From Candidatus Saccharimonadota bacterium (GTDB lineage Bacteria > Pseudomonadota > Gammaproteobacteria > Enterobacterales > Enterobacteriaceae), in NCBI GenBank assembly GCA_041942055.1, contig CP145874.1:420001-452000 (forward strand): a stretch of 32,000 bases of DNA, written 5' to 3'. Positions 20,686-29,689 of the stretch are shown piece by piece. The notes beneath the pieces were generated by a model that did no database searches, was not told where the DNA came from, and saw nothing but the letters and a program-made list of their open reading frames with translations. Made by a program: the position numbers and the translations under genes. Every line of letters starts with the position of its first letter. The first letter of the stretch is position 1.

Positions 20686-21435
20686 ATGCATAATCTAGAA
20701 TTAGAAAAATTAATTAATCAGCAACTTAATAGTGCTGTCTTCCATGATTATGTGCCTAATGGATTACAGGTAACTGGACGAGATGAAATTCAAAATATTA
20801 TTACTGGTGTGACAGCATGTCAAGCGTTACTTGACCAAGCTGTTGCTAATGATGCAGATGCTATCATCGTTCATCATGGATATTTTTGGAAAAATGAATT
20901 ACCTTTAATAAAAGGAATTCAACGCCAACGACTTAAAACTCTCTTAGTCAATGATATTAATTTATACAGTTGGCATTTGCCTCTTGATGCTCATCCACAG
21001 TTAGGTAATAATGTGCAGCTTGCAAAATTATTGGATATCAAAGTACAAGGAGAAATAGTTCCATTACTGTATTGGGGAACCTTCTTACAACCATTAACTA
21101 GTGAAACTTTAATCACACGAATTACAACCCAATTGGGACGAACACCGTTATATTGTGCGGATAACAAGCATGCACCCAGTTTAATTAGCAGTGTTGCTTG
21201 GTGCACTGGTGCCGGCCATAAATTTATTACTGAAGCTGCGGATTTTTGTGTCGATGCTTTTATTACCGGTGAAGCATCTGAATCTACTATTCATATTGCA
21301 CGTGAAAATAAGTTGCATTTTTTTGCTGCTGGCCATCATGCAACTGAACGTGGTGGAATTCAAGCTTTAACCAAATGGTTGGAAAACCATTCCACTTTGA
21401 ATATTAATTTTATTGATATATATAATCCCGTATAA
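20686..21435 (+). CDS. ybgI: Nif3-family metal-binding protein YbgI (GTP cyclohydrolase 1 type 2 homologue)
   Basis: 249-aa ORF containing ELEKLINQQLNS, IVHHGYFWK, YSWHLPLDAHPQLGNN and FFAAGHHATERGGI. Colinear with E. coli YbgI (247 aa). Confidence 0.92.
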   Translation: MHNLELEKLINQQLNSAVFHDYVPNGLQVTGRDEIQNIITGVTACQALLDQAVANDADAIIVHHGYFWKNELPLIKGIQRQRLKTLLVNDINLYSWHLPLDAHPQLGNNVQLAKLLDIKVQGEIVPLLYWGTFLQPLTSETLITRITTQLGRTPLYCADNKHAPSLISSVAWCTGAGHKFITEAADFCVDAFITGEASESTIHIARENKLHFFAAGHHATERGGIQALTKWLENHSTLNINFIDIYNPV

Positions 21436-21452
21436 TTTCGTTTATATGATGA

Positions 21453-22031
21453 TTACTTATTTTTATGTTTCAATAACTGATAAAAAGTAGGATTGTTATC
21501 ACAATTGCCAATTCCACATTCAAGAAATGTAGAAACCAGATTAGCAGCAATCAACATACAAAATATAATAATATTAATTTTTTCCCATTGAGTTTTAGTT
21601 AAATTCACAGAAGGTTTTTTACTATCTTTTAAAATTAAAAGGAGAGCTATAACAACAATAGTTAATAAGGAACTCAGTAATGCTAAAGTATAAAAATGAA
21701 GATTAAAAAGAGTGCTGCCATAACCAAGATCTCCAGGAAGAATATGTAAAAATACTTGGCGCATTGCAATAATACCAGTTAGAATGCAGCCTAATAAAGC
21801 TATTCCGTAATGAATAGTTCGAATTCCAAATCTTATATTGAGAAAAAAACCTATACTTATCATGATAATTCCAACACGTTGTAATAAACATATGGGACAA
21901 GGTAATTCATTCCATATTAATTGATAATAAAATGCCATTATCAAAATAATATTGTTTCCAAATAAAACGAGCATGTTTATAAAGTTACATAATTTATGTA
22001 CTTGATTATTAAAACTTTCGTTGAAATTCAT
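21453..22031 (-). CDS. Integral membrane protein with a DsbB-family N-terminal signature (function uncertain)
   Basis: 192-aa ORF with four or five hydrophobic segments. After TM1 comes ..YYQLIWNELPC45PIC48LLQR52, the same spacing as E. coli DsbB ..WFQHVMLLKPC41VLC44IYER48. No Cys pair occurs in the TM3-TM4 loop. Instead C172-x4-C177 (ECGIGNCD) lies in the C-terminal tail. It is not syntenic with E. coli dsbB. A long open frame in a stop-rich AT background supports a real gene. Confidence 0.55.
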   Translation of the reverse strand: MNFNESFNNQVHKLCNFINMLVLFGNNIILIMAFYYQLIWNELPCPICLLQRVGIIMISIGFFLNIRFGIRTIHYGIALLGCILTGIIAMRQVFLHILPGDLGYGSTLFNLHFYTLALLSSLLTIVVIALLLILKDSKKPSVNLTKTQWEKINIIIFCMLIAANLVSTFLECGIGNCDNNPTFYQLLKHKNK

Positions 22032-22046
22032 GTTTTCTTCTCTAAT

Positions 22047-22199
22047 TTAGAAGGATAAATTTAATGACGTAGTTGCATGATATTTAAACCAAGCGAGAGT
22101 TAATATTAATAATATTATCAATAGGATATAACCTGTTGTTTTGTAATTTAATAAAAAACTTATAACTGTAATAAATGCTATGAAAAATGGAAGACACAT
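22047..22199 (-). CDS. Hypothetical small 2-TM membrane protein (50 aa from the ATG, 64 aa from an upstream TTG at 22241)
   Basis: MCLPFFIAFITVISFLLNYKTTGYILLIILLILTLAWFKYHATTSLNLSF has two hydrophobic helices. A GGGAG Shine-Dalgarno lies 8 nt before the ATG at 22199. Its stop is 15 nt upstream of the DsbB-like ATG on the same strand. I recognise no homologue. The open frame is unexpectedly long for about 25% GC intergenic DNA. Confidence 0.35.
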   Translation of the reverse strand: MCLPFFIAFITVISFLLNYKTTGYILLIILLILTLAWFKYHATTSLNLSF

Positions 22200-22291
22200 A
22201 TGTATTACTCCCACGTAATAATTAATATTATTAGTCTTCAATGTATAATGATTATGAAAATTTAAATGTAATAAAATTTATTATATGACAA

Positions 22292-22320
22292 TTGTTATAA
22301 CAATGCGATAGTTTTATAAT
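22292..22320 (+). promoter_or_regulatory. Candidate sigma70 promoter for sdhCDAB-sucABCD (TTGTTA-17 bp-TATAAT)
   Basis: -35 TTGTTA at 22292-22297, a 17-bp spacer, and a consensus -10 TATAAT at 22315-22320, 40 nt upstream of the sdhC ATG. Confidence 0.4.
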
Positions 22321-22359
22321 TTTACGCAAATAAACTATTTAAAAAAGCTAGATTTTTTG

Positions 22360-22749
22360 ATGGATAAAAATGTGAAAAAACCCAGACCAGTAAATTTAAA
22401 TCTTACGACCATCTACTTTCCAATCACAGCTATAGTATCAATTCTCCAACGTATGTCTGGAATAATTAATATTCTTTCGATTGGAATCATGCTAAAATTA
22501 TTGCATTTCTCATTATCTTCTCCAGAAAATTTCAAAAACGTTAAATTTTTATTAACTACTTTTTATTTTAAAATAATAGCACTGGGTATTTTAATAGTGA
22601 TTATATATCATGTGATTGGAGGAATCCGTCATATCTTAATGGATTTCGGATTGATTACTGAAAGTAAAATTTCCGGTACCCGTTCAGCCTATATAGTATT
22701 AATCTTGACTATTATATTTTCGATTATTATGGGAGTATTTATATGGTAA
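22360..22749 (+). CDS. sdhC: Succinate dehydrogenase cytochrome b556 subunit
   Basis: MDKNVKKPRPVNLNLTTIYFPITAIVSILQRMSG.. compares with E. coli MIRNVKKQRPVNLDLQTIRFPITAIASILHRVSG. The heme-ligand context HVIGGIRH is retained. The ORF-track start at 22357 is a TTG one codon before the ATG. Confidence 0.93.
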   Translation: MDKNVKKPRPVNLNLTTIYFPITAIVSILQRMSGIINILSIGIMLKLLHFSLSSPENFKNVKFLLTTFYFKIIALGILIVIIYHVIGGIRHILMDFGLITESKISGTRSAYIVLILTIIFSIIMGVFIW

Positions 22750-23096
22750 AGGCTAATTCTTCTTCTATTTTAGGTTTAAATGGTATATATGATTGGTTAT
22801 TATTACGTATATCTGCAATAATAATTGGGTTCTATATAATTTATATAGGATTTTTTTTTCTTACTATAGATTCTATTAATTATATGAGTTTGCATACTTT
22901 TTTTGAATCTAAAATTACTAAATTTTTTACAATAATAGCTTTATTATCGACCATTATTCATAGTTGGATTGGTATATGGCAAGTATTAACTGATTATATT
23001 AAGTCATTAATATTACGTCTGATATTACAATTGATACATCTTTTAATTTTATGGGCATATATTATATATGGTATCATTGTGGTATGGAGGGTGTAA
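22743..23096 (+). CDS. sdhD: Succinate dehydrogenase hydrophobic anchor subunit
   Basis: 117-aa ORF containing [17 protein letters not shown] and ending VVWRV, matching E. coli SdhD. It overlaps sdhC by 7 nt (ATGGTAA). Confidence 0.92.
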   Translation: MVKANSSSILGLNGIYDWLLLRISAIIIGFYIIYIGFFFLTIDSINYMSLHTFFESKITKFFTIIALLSTIIHSWIGIWQVLTDYIKSLILRLILQLIHLLILWAYIIYGIIVVWRV

Positions 23097-24865
23097 TGTT
23101 TTTTTCAACTTTGAAGTTTGATGCGATTATTATAGGTGCCGGTGGTGCTGGGATGCGTGCGGCTTTACAAATTTCCACGGCTGGATACTCTTGTGCATTA
23201 ATTTCTAAAGTTTTTCCAACTCGGTCACATACCGTATCTGCTCAAGGTGGTATTACCGTTGCACTAGGTAATCAACATTCTGATAATTGGGAATGGCATA
23301 TGTACGATACTGTAAAAGGTTCTGATTATCTAGGTGATCAAAATGCCATTGAATATATGTGTAAAAATGGTCCTGAAGTTATTTTAGAACTAGAGCATAT
23401 GGGACTGCCTTTTTCGCGTTCGTATGATGGTAGAATTTACCAACGTCCATTTGGAGGTCAATCGACTAATTTTGGTCGTGAACAAGCTGCACGGACAGCT
23501 GCAGCTGCTGATCGTACTGGACATGCATTATTACATACTCTTTATCAACAAAATATAAAAAATCAAACTACTGTATTCTCTGAATGGTATGCTTTAGATT
23601 TAGTAAAAAATCAAGATGGGAATATTGTGGGTTGTACTGCATTAGATATCGTAACGGGGGAAATCGTATATTTTAAAGCAAATGCTACTATTTTAGCTAC
23701 TGGAGGTGCAGGTAGGATTTATCACTCTACTACTAATGCTCACATAAATACTGGTGATGGTATAGGCATGGCATTACGAGCAGGTGTACCTGTTCAGGAC
23801 ATGGAAATGTGGCAATTTCATCCTACAGGAATTGCAGGAGTAGGTATATTAATAACTGAAGGTTGTAGAGGAGAGGGAGGATTTTTAATAAATCGGAATG
23901 GAGAACGTTTCATGGAACGTTATGCTCCTCAAACAAGAGATTTGGCAGGACGTGATGTAGTAGCTAGATCAATCATGATTGAAATTATCGAAAATCGAGC
24001 TTTTGAGAATCCACATTGGGGTCCATATGTAAAGTTAAAATTAGATCATTTAGGAAAAGAAATTTTAGAATCTCGTTTGCCGGGAATTCTAGAATTAGCA
24101 CGGACATTTGCACATGTAGACCCTACTATAGAATCAATACCAGTTATTCCTACATGTCATTATATGATGGGTGGTATTCCAACTAAAATTACAGGACAAG
24201 TTATAACCATTAATAACAAAGGTGAAGATATGATTGTTCCAGGGCTTTTTGCTGTAGGTGAAACAGCCTGTGTTTCAGTACATGGTGCTAATCGTCTAGG
24301 TGGAAATTCGTTACTTGATATAGTAGTTTTTGGACGTTCAGTTGGTATACATATCACTAAATCTCTTCACGAACAAGGTATATTACGTAGTGCTTCTGAT
24401 GAAGATATTACCTATTCATTAGAACGATTAAATCGTTGGAATAATAATAGTTCGGGAGAAAATCCTCTAGATATACGTAAAAAACTACAGAGATGCATGC
24501 AACAAAATTTTTCGGTATTTCGCGAAGGTAAAACTATGAATATAGCACTCGCAGAACTCAAATTACTTCGTGAAAGTTTGAAAAATGCCTCTCTTAAAGA
24601 TACTTCAAAACAATTTAATACTCAGCGTATCGAATGCTTAGAATTAGATAATTTAATGGAAACGGCTTATGTTACTGCAAGAGCGGCTATTTTTCGTACA
24701 GAGAGCCGTGGAGCCCATACTCGTTATGATTTTCCTGAAAGAGATGATAAAAATTGGTTATACCATACTTTATATTTACCGGAAAAAGATTGTATGATTT
24801 GCCGTAAAGTTAACATGCGTCCAATAATGCGGGATGCTTTTGCTCCTAAAGTTCGAACTTATTAA
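23096..24865 (+). CDS. sdhA: Succinate dehydrogenase flavoprotein subunit
   Basis: Homology starts at [24 protein letters not shown]. It has the FAD-His context [10 protein letters not shown] and ends APKVRTY, as in E. coli. The ATG at 23096 overlaps the sdhD stop (TAATG) and has a GGAGG Shine-Dalgarno 5 nt upstream. The ORF-track start at 23051 lies inside sdhD. Confidence 0.97.
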   Translation: MFFSTLKFDAIIIGAGGAGMRAALQISTAGYSCALISKVFPTRSHTVSAQGGITVALGNQHSDNWEWHMYDTVKGSDYLGDQNAIEYMCKNGPEVILELEHMGLPFSRSYDGRIYQRPFGGQSTNFGREQAARTAAAADRTGHALLHTLYQQNIKNQTTVFSEWYALDLVKNQDGNIVGCTALDIVTGEIVYFKANATILATGGAGRIYHSTTNAHINTGDGIGMALRAGVPVQDMEMWQFHPTGIAGVGILITEGCRGEGGFLINRNGERFMERYAPQTRDLAGRDVVARSIMIEIIENRAFENPHWGPYVKLKLDHLGKEILESRLPGILELARTFAHVDPTIESIPVIPTCHYMMGGIPTKITGQVITINNKGEDMIVPGLFAVGETACVSVHGANRLGGNSLLDIVVFGRSVGIHITKSLHEQGILRSASDEDITYSLERLNRWNNNSSGENPLDIRKKLQRCMQQNFSVFREGKTMNIALAELKLLRESLKNASLKDTSKQFNTQRIECLELDNLMETAYVTARAAIFRTESRGAHTRYDFPERDDKNWLYHTLYLPEKDCMICRKVNMRPIMRDAFAPKVRTY

Positions 24866-24875
24866 TGAAAAAAAA

Positions 24876-25598
24876 ATGAAATTAAATTTTTCTATTTACC
24901 GTTATAATAGTGAGACTGATAAAGTCCCATACATGCAAGATTATGTTTTAACTCTAGATAAGAGTAATCTAAATATAGCTTTATTAGATGCTTTATTACT
25001 TTTAAAAGAGAAAGATCCAACCTTAGCATTTCGTAAATCTTGTAGAGAAGGAGTATGTGGTTCAGATGGATTAAATATCAATGGTAAAAATGGTTTAGCA
25101 TGTATTACTCCCATTTCTACATTAATTCATGATAATCAAAAATCAATTATTATCCGTCCCTTACCCGGACTGCCTATAATCCGCGATTTAATTGTAGATC
25201 TGGAATCCTTTTATTTTCAATATAAAAAAATTAAACCTTATCTTTTAAATGAAGATCCTCCTCCAACAAGAGAATACTTGCAGAATCCTATACAACGTAA
25301 AAAATTAGATGGTTTATATGAATGTATTTTATGTGCTTGTTGCTCCACCTCATGTCCATCGTTTTGGTGGAATCCGGATAAATTTATTGGTCCGGCTGGT
25401 TTATTAACTGCTTACAGATTTTTAGTAGATAATCGAGATACGGCTAAAAAAGATCGATTAGATAATCTTAAAGATGCATTTAGCGTATTTCGTTGTCATA
25501 GTATCATGAACTGTGTCAGTGTTTGTCCAAAAAAATTAAATCCTACTGACGCAATTCATAAAATTAAAATAATGTTATTAAAAACTCTGATAAATTAA
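24876..25598 (+). CDS. sdhB: Succinate dehydrogenase iron-sulfur subunit
   Basis: MKLNFSIYRYN.. compares with E. coli MRLEFSIYRYN. The Fe-S cluster motifs CREGVCGSDG, CILCACCSTSCP and CHSIMNCVSVCP are present. The ORF-track start at 24834 lies inside sdhA. Confidence 0.96.
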   Translation: MKLNFSIYRYNSETDKVPYMQDYVLTLDKSNLNIALLDALLLLKEKDPTLAFRKSCREGVCGSDGLNINGKNGLACITPISTLIHDNQKSIIIRPLPGLPIIRDLIVDLESFYFQYKKIKPYLLNEDPPPTREYLQNPIQRKKLDGLYECILCACCSTSCPSFWWNPDKFIGPAGLLTAYRFLVDNRDTAKKDRLDNLKDAFSVFRCHSIMNCVSVCPKKLNPTDAIHKIKIMLLKTLIN

Positions 25599-25611
25599 CT
25601 AAGGCTTTACA

Positions 25612-28383
25612 ATGCATGACAATGATACTATGAAGTATTGGTTAGATACTTCTTGGATGACTGGTATAAATCAGTTATGGATAGACAAACTTTATAATAA
25701 CTTCATTAATGATCCTAACTCGGTTGATAAGAAATGGTGTTTAATATTTACGGAAATTACTAGTAAATCTTTACTACATCAAGCGTCTTATGTTAACAAC
25801 AACCATACAAATTTAAAATCTCTAAAAGTAGTGCAGTTAATTGAAGCTTTTCGTTCTTTTGGTCATAAGAATGCTAATTTAGATCCGTTAGGTTTATTGA
25901 AAAATAGTAATTTTCCTGATCTTGATCTCTCCTTCTATGGATTTAATGATACGGATTTTAATCGAACTTTTAGTATTGACTCAGATTATTTTACTCCTTG
26001 TCAAAATAACATGAGTTTATTAAATATTTACCAATTTCTTCAAAAAGTGTACTGTAGTACAATTGGTATTGAATATATGCATATTTATAATGCAGATGAA
26101 AAACACTGGATTCAGCAGTATATTGAATCAGTACCAGGAAAATTTATCTTTAGTAATTATGAAAAAAAAAGATTTTTAAAAGATCTAATAGCAGCAGAAG
26201 AATTGGAGCACCATTTAGCTGCTAAATTTCCGGGATCTAAACGTTTCTCATTGGAGGGAGGAGACGTATTAATTCCTATGTTAAAAGAAATAATCCGTTA
26301 TTCAGCTAAAACTGGTATCACGGATATAGTATTAGGCATGGCGCATCGTGGAAGGCTTAATGTTTTAATAAACGTTTTCGGTAAAAAACCACAAGATTTA
26401 TTTGATGAATTCTCTGGAAAATATAAGCCACTCTTAGGAATAAGTGGCGATGTTAAATATCACATGGGTTACTCTTCCTATTTTATAAGTAAAAAAGCTA
26501 GAGTTTATCTCCAATTAGCTTTTAATCCATCTCACTTAGAAATTGTAAATCCAGTAGTTATGGGATCAGTTCGTGCCATGTTAGACTCTTATCGTTTAAC
26601 GGAACCTAAAACCAATCAAGTATTACCTATTACAATACATGGAGATGCTGCTGTTATATCGCAAGGTGTAATGCAGGAAACTTTAAATTTATCACAAGTA
26701 AGAGGTTATGAAATTGGAGGTACTATACGTATAGTTGTAAATAATCAAATTGGTTTCACTACTTCTAATTTGAAGGATGCACGTTCTACACAGTATTGTA
26801 CTGATATTGGAAAAATGATACAAGCACCTATATTTCATGTCAATAGTGATGATATAGAAGCAGTGCTTTTTGTGACACGTCTAGCATTAGATTTTCGCAA
26901 TCGTTTTAGAAGAGATGTTTTTATAGATTTGGTATGTTATCGTCGTCATGGTCATAATGAAGCTGATGAACCATCTGTAACACAGCCCATAATGTATAAA
27001 AAAATACAACAACATCCTTCGAGTCGTCAAATTTATATTGACCAATTAATTCAAGAAAAAGTTATCTCTAAAAACGAATCTCAATATATGACTAATGAAT
27101 ATTGTAATATTTTACAACAAGGTACATGTGTAGTTGAGGAAGTAGAAGAATACCTTCGTAAAATCAATTCTCAGAAATTTTTGTTAAGTTCAAGTTTAGA
27201 TGAAAAGTACTCATGGCCTATTGAAATACAGCAACTTAAAAAATTAGCAAGTATTATAAGTGACATACCTTCATCTATAAAAATGCAGTCTAGGGTATCA
27301 AAAATTTATCGGGATAGAATGCAAATGGCAACAGGAAATAAAAAATTCGATTGGGGGGCTGCAGAAACTCTAGCTTATGCTACTTTACTGGATAATGGAA
27401 TCTCTATTCGTTTATCTGGCGAAGACATCTGTCGTGGTACTTTTTTTCATAGACATGCAGTAATTTATAACCAAATTGATGGTTGTACCTATATACCTTT
27501 ACAACATCTTAATGAAAGACAAGGTATTTTTAATATATGGGATTCAGTACTTTCAGAATTAGCCGTTTTAGCTTTTGAATATGGTTATGCTACAACAACA
27601 AATCAAACTAAAAATATAACTATATGGGAAGCACAATTTGGAGATTTTGCTAATGGAGCGCAGGTTGTAATAGATCAATTTATTGCTTCTGGTGAACAAA
27701 AATGGGGTGTGAGATGCAATTTAGTTTTATTCTTACCTCATGGTTATGAGGGACAAGGACCAGAACATTCATCAGCACGTTTAGAAAGATATCTTCAATT
27801 ATGTGCAGAATATAATATGCAAGTTTGCGTTCCTTCTACACCAGCACAAATATATCATCTATTACGTCGTCAAGCTTTATCTTATATTAATCTTCCATTA
27901 ATAATAATTTCACCTAAATCATTACTGCGTCATCCTCTAGCAACTTCAAGTCTAGACGAATTAGCAAAGGGTGTTTTTCAAAGTATTATTGGAGAAATTG
28001 ATGATAATATTAATAAATTAGAAGTAAAACGTATAATTTTATGTGCTGGAAAAGTATATTATCAATTAGTTGAGCAACGTCGTAAAAATCAACAAACAGA
28101 TATTATTGTTCTGCGTATAGAACAACTCTATCCATTTCCTGATGAAATGCTGAACAAAATATTACAAAATTATTCACATGTTAAAGATTTTATCTGGTGC
28201 CAAGAAGAACCAATGAATCAAGGTGCATGGTCTTACATTCAGACCTATATTTTACACGCATTACCATCTGGAGCTGGGCTGCACTATGTTGGACGTATGG
28301 CTGCTGCCTCAACAGCAGTTGGTCATATATCTGTTCATCAGAAAGAACAAGAAACGATTATTAATAATGCTTTAAGTATTTAG
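25612..28383 (+). CDS. sucA: 2-oxoglutarate dehydrogenase E1 component
   Basis: 923-aa ORF (E. coli SucA is 933 aa), colinear by eye: WLDTSWMTGINQLWIDKLY, RSFGHKNANLDPLG, GMAHRGRLNVL and CYRRHGHNEADEP. Confidence 0.97.
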   Translation: MHDNDTMKYWLDTSWMTGINQLWIDKLYNNFINDPNSVDKKWCLIFTEITSKSLLHQASYVNNNHTNLKSLKVVQLIEAFRSFGHKNANLDPLGLLKNSNFPDLDLSFYGFNDTDFNRTFSIDSDYFTPCQNNMSLLNIYQFLQKVYCSTIGIEYMHIYNADEKHWIQQYIESVPGKFIFSNYEKKRFLKDLIAAEELEHHLAAKFPGSKRFSLEGGDVLIPMLKEIIRYSAKTGITDIVLGMAHRGRLNVLINVFGKKPQDLFDEFSGKYKPLLGISGDVKYHMGYSSYFISKKARVYLQLAFNPSHLEIVNPVVMGSVRAMLDSYRLTEPKTNQVLPITIHGDAAVISQGVMQETLNLSQVRGYEIGGTIRIVVNNQIGFTTSNLKDARSTQYCTDIGKMIQAPIFHVNSDDIEAVLFVTRLALDFRNRFRRDVFIDLVCYRRHGHNEADEPSVTQPIMYKKIQQHPSSRQIYIDQLIQEKVISKNESQYMTNEYCNILQQGTCVVEEVEEYLRKINSQKFLLSSSLDEKYSWPIEIQQLKKLASIISDIPSSIKMQSRVSKIYRDRMQMATGNKKFDWGAAETLAYATLLDNGISIRLSGEDICRGTFFHRHAVIYNQIDGCTYIPLQHLNERQGIFNIWDSVLSELAVLAFEYGYATTTNQTKNITIWEAQFGDFANGAQVVIDQFIASGEQKWGVRCNLVLFLPHGYEGQGPEHSSARLERYLQLCAEYNMQVCVPSTPAQIYHLLRRQALSYINLPLIIISPKSLLRHPLATSSLDELAKGVFQSIIGEIDDNINKLEVKRIILCAGKVYYQLVEQRRKNQQTDIIVLRIEQLYPFPDEMLNKILQNYSHVKDFIWCQEEPMNQGAWSYIQTYILHALPSGAGLHYVGRMAAASTAVGHISVHQKEQETIINNALSI

Positions 28384-28395
28384 AAGGATAGATCA

Positions 28396-29634
28396 ATGAA
28401 CTATCACGAAATCTTAGTACCGGATTTACCTGAGTCGGTTATGGATGCAACTATTTTAACTTGGCATAAGAAGATTGGTGATATTATTTATTCTAATGAA
28501 ATTTTAGTTGAAATTGAAACTGATAAAGTAGTTTTAGAAATTCCAGCCCCAAGTAATGGAATTTTAATGTCTATACTGGAAAGTGAAGGTGCGGTTGTTA
28601 CTTCTAAACAGGTTATAGGGCAATATCAATCCAATAATCAAGAAGTTATTAATAGCCCAGATCAAGAAGAGAAAAAAGAGACTCATGATAGTAGTAAATC
28701 ATTATTACCAAGTTCTAAAGTAATAAACTCACCAGGAGAACATAAGAATAATTCACTAGCTTCACCAAGCATTCGGCGTATAGTTAAGGAATACAATTTA
28801 GAGCCATTAAATATTGCTGGAACGGGAAAAAATGGTCGTATTACTAAATTAGATGTAGAAAATTATTTAGAACAAATAAATAAGAAACTAGATATAAGTA
28901 CAAAAGAAAAAAAACTTGACATCAATATCAATCAAACCAATGAAAAACGTGTTCCCATGACACGGATTCGCAAACGTATTGCACAACGTTTACTCGAAAC
29001 CAAAAAGCACACTGCTATGTTAACTACTTTTAATGAAGTTAATATGAAACCTATTATAGATTTACGTAAGCAGTATGGTGAAATATTCGAAAAAATTCAT
29101 GGAATACGCCTTGGTTTTATGTCTTTTTATGTTAAAGCAGTAATAGAAAGCTTAAAACGTTTCCCAGAAATCAATGCTTATATTGATGGAGAAGATATTA
29201 TCTATCATAACTATTATGATATTAGTATAGCTGTTTCTACACCTCGTGGTTTAGTAACACCGGTTTTACATAACACAGAATTAATGAGTATGCCAGATAT
29301 AGAGAAAAATATTAAATCGATGGCTGTTAAAGCACGTGAAGGAAAGTTAACAGTAGATGATATTATTGGCGGTACTTTTACCATTAGTAATGGAGGCATA
29401 TTTGGTTCTTTACTCTCTACACCAATCATTAATCCTCCACAAAGTGCTATCTTAGGAATGCATGTTATTAAAGAACGACCGGTTGCAGTAGAAGGAAAAG
29501 TAGTAATTTTACCTATGATGTATCTAGCACTTTCTTATGATCATCGATTAATTGATGGACGTGAATCAATTAGTTTTTTATTATCTCTAAAAGAGTATTT
29601 AGAAGATCCTACACGCTTACTGCTAGAACTCTAA
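28396..29634 (+). CDS. sucB: Dihydrolipoyllysine-residue succinyltransferase (2-oxoglutarate dehydrogenase E2)
   Basis: 412-aa ORF with the lipoyl-Lys motif [13 protein letters not shown], the E3-binding domain [13 protein letters not shown] and the catalytic motif [12 protein letters not shown]. Confidence 0.96.
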   Translation: MNYHEILVPDLPESVMDATILTWHKKIGDIIYSNEILVEIETDKVVLEIPAPSNGILMSILESEGAVVTSKQVIGQYQSNNQEVINSPDQEEKKETHDSSKSLLPSSKVINSPGEHKNNSLASPSIRRIVKEYNLEPLNIAGTGKNGRITKLDVENYLEQINKKLDISTKEKKLDININQTNEKRVPMTRIRKRIAQRLLETKKHTAMLTTFNEVNMKPIIDLRKQYGEIFEKIHGIRLGFMSFYVKAVIESLKRFPEINAYIDGEDIIYHNYYDISIAVSTPRGLVTPVLHNTELMSMPDIEKNIKSMAVKAREGKLTVDDIIGGTFTISNGGIFGSLLSTPIINPPQSAILGMHVIKERPVAVEGKVVILPMMYLALSYDHRLIDGRESISFLLSLKEYLEDPTRLLLEL

Positions 29635-29689
29635 TAAAATAGATGAAATAATAATCAAATCAATTCAATTGCATGGATAATAAAATCAC

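Noticed and set aside
20991-21363. Two minus-strand ORFs (20991-21206 and 21181-21363) inside ybgI.
   Set aside because: They are antisense to the conserved YbgI frame, in the relatively GC-richer part of the gene where stop codons are rarer.
21703-21900. Alternative-frame 65-aa ORF on the same strand inside the DsbB-like ORF.
   Set aside because: The longer 192-aa frame carries the DsbB signature and coherent TM segments. The nested frame has neither.
22032-22359. Search for gltA pseudogene remnants upstream of sdhC.
   Set aside because: No frame on either strand gives GltA-like sequence. The only open frame there is the hydrophobic mini-ORF.
24160-24357. Minus-strand 65-aa ORF inside sdhA, and likewise 29214-29429 in sucB and 29789-30007 in sucC.
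   Set aside because: They are antisense shadow ORFs within highly conserved enzyme genes.
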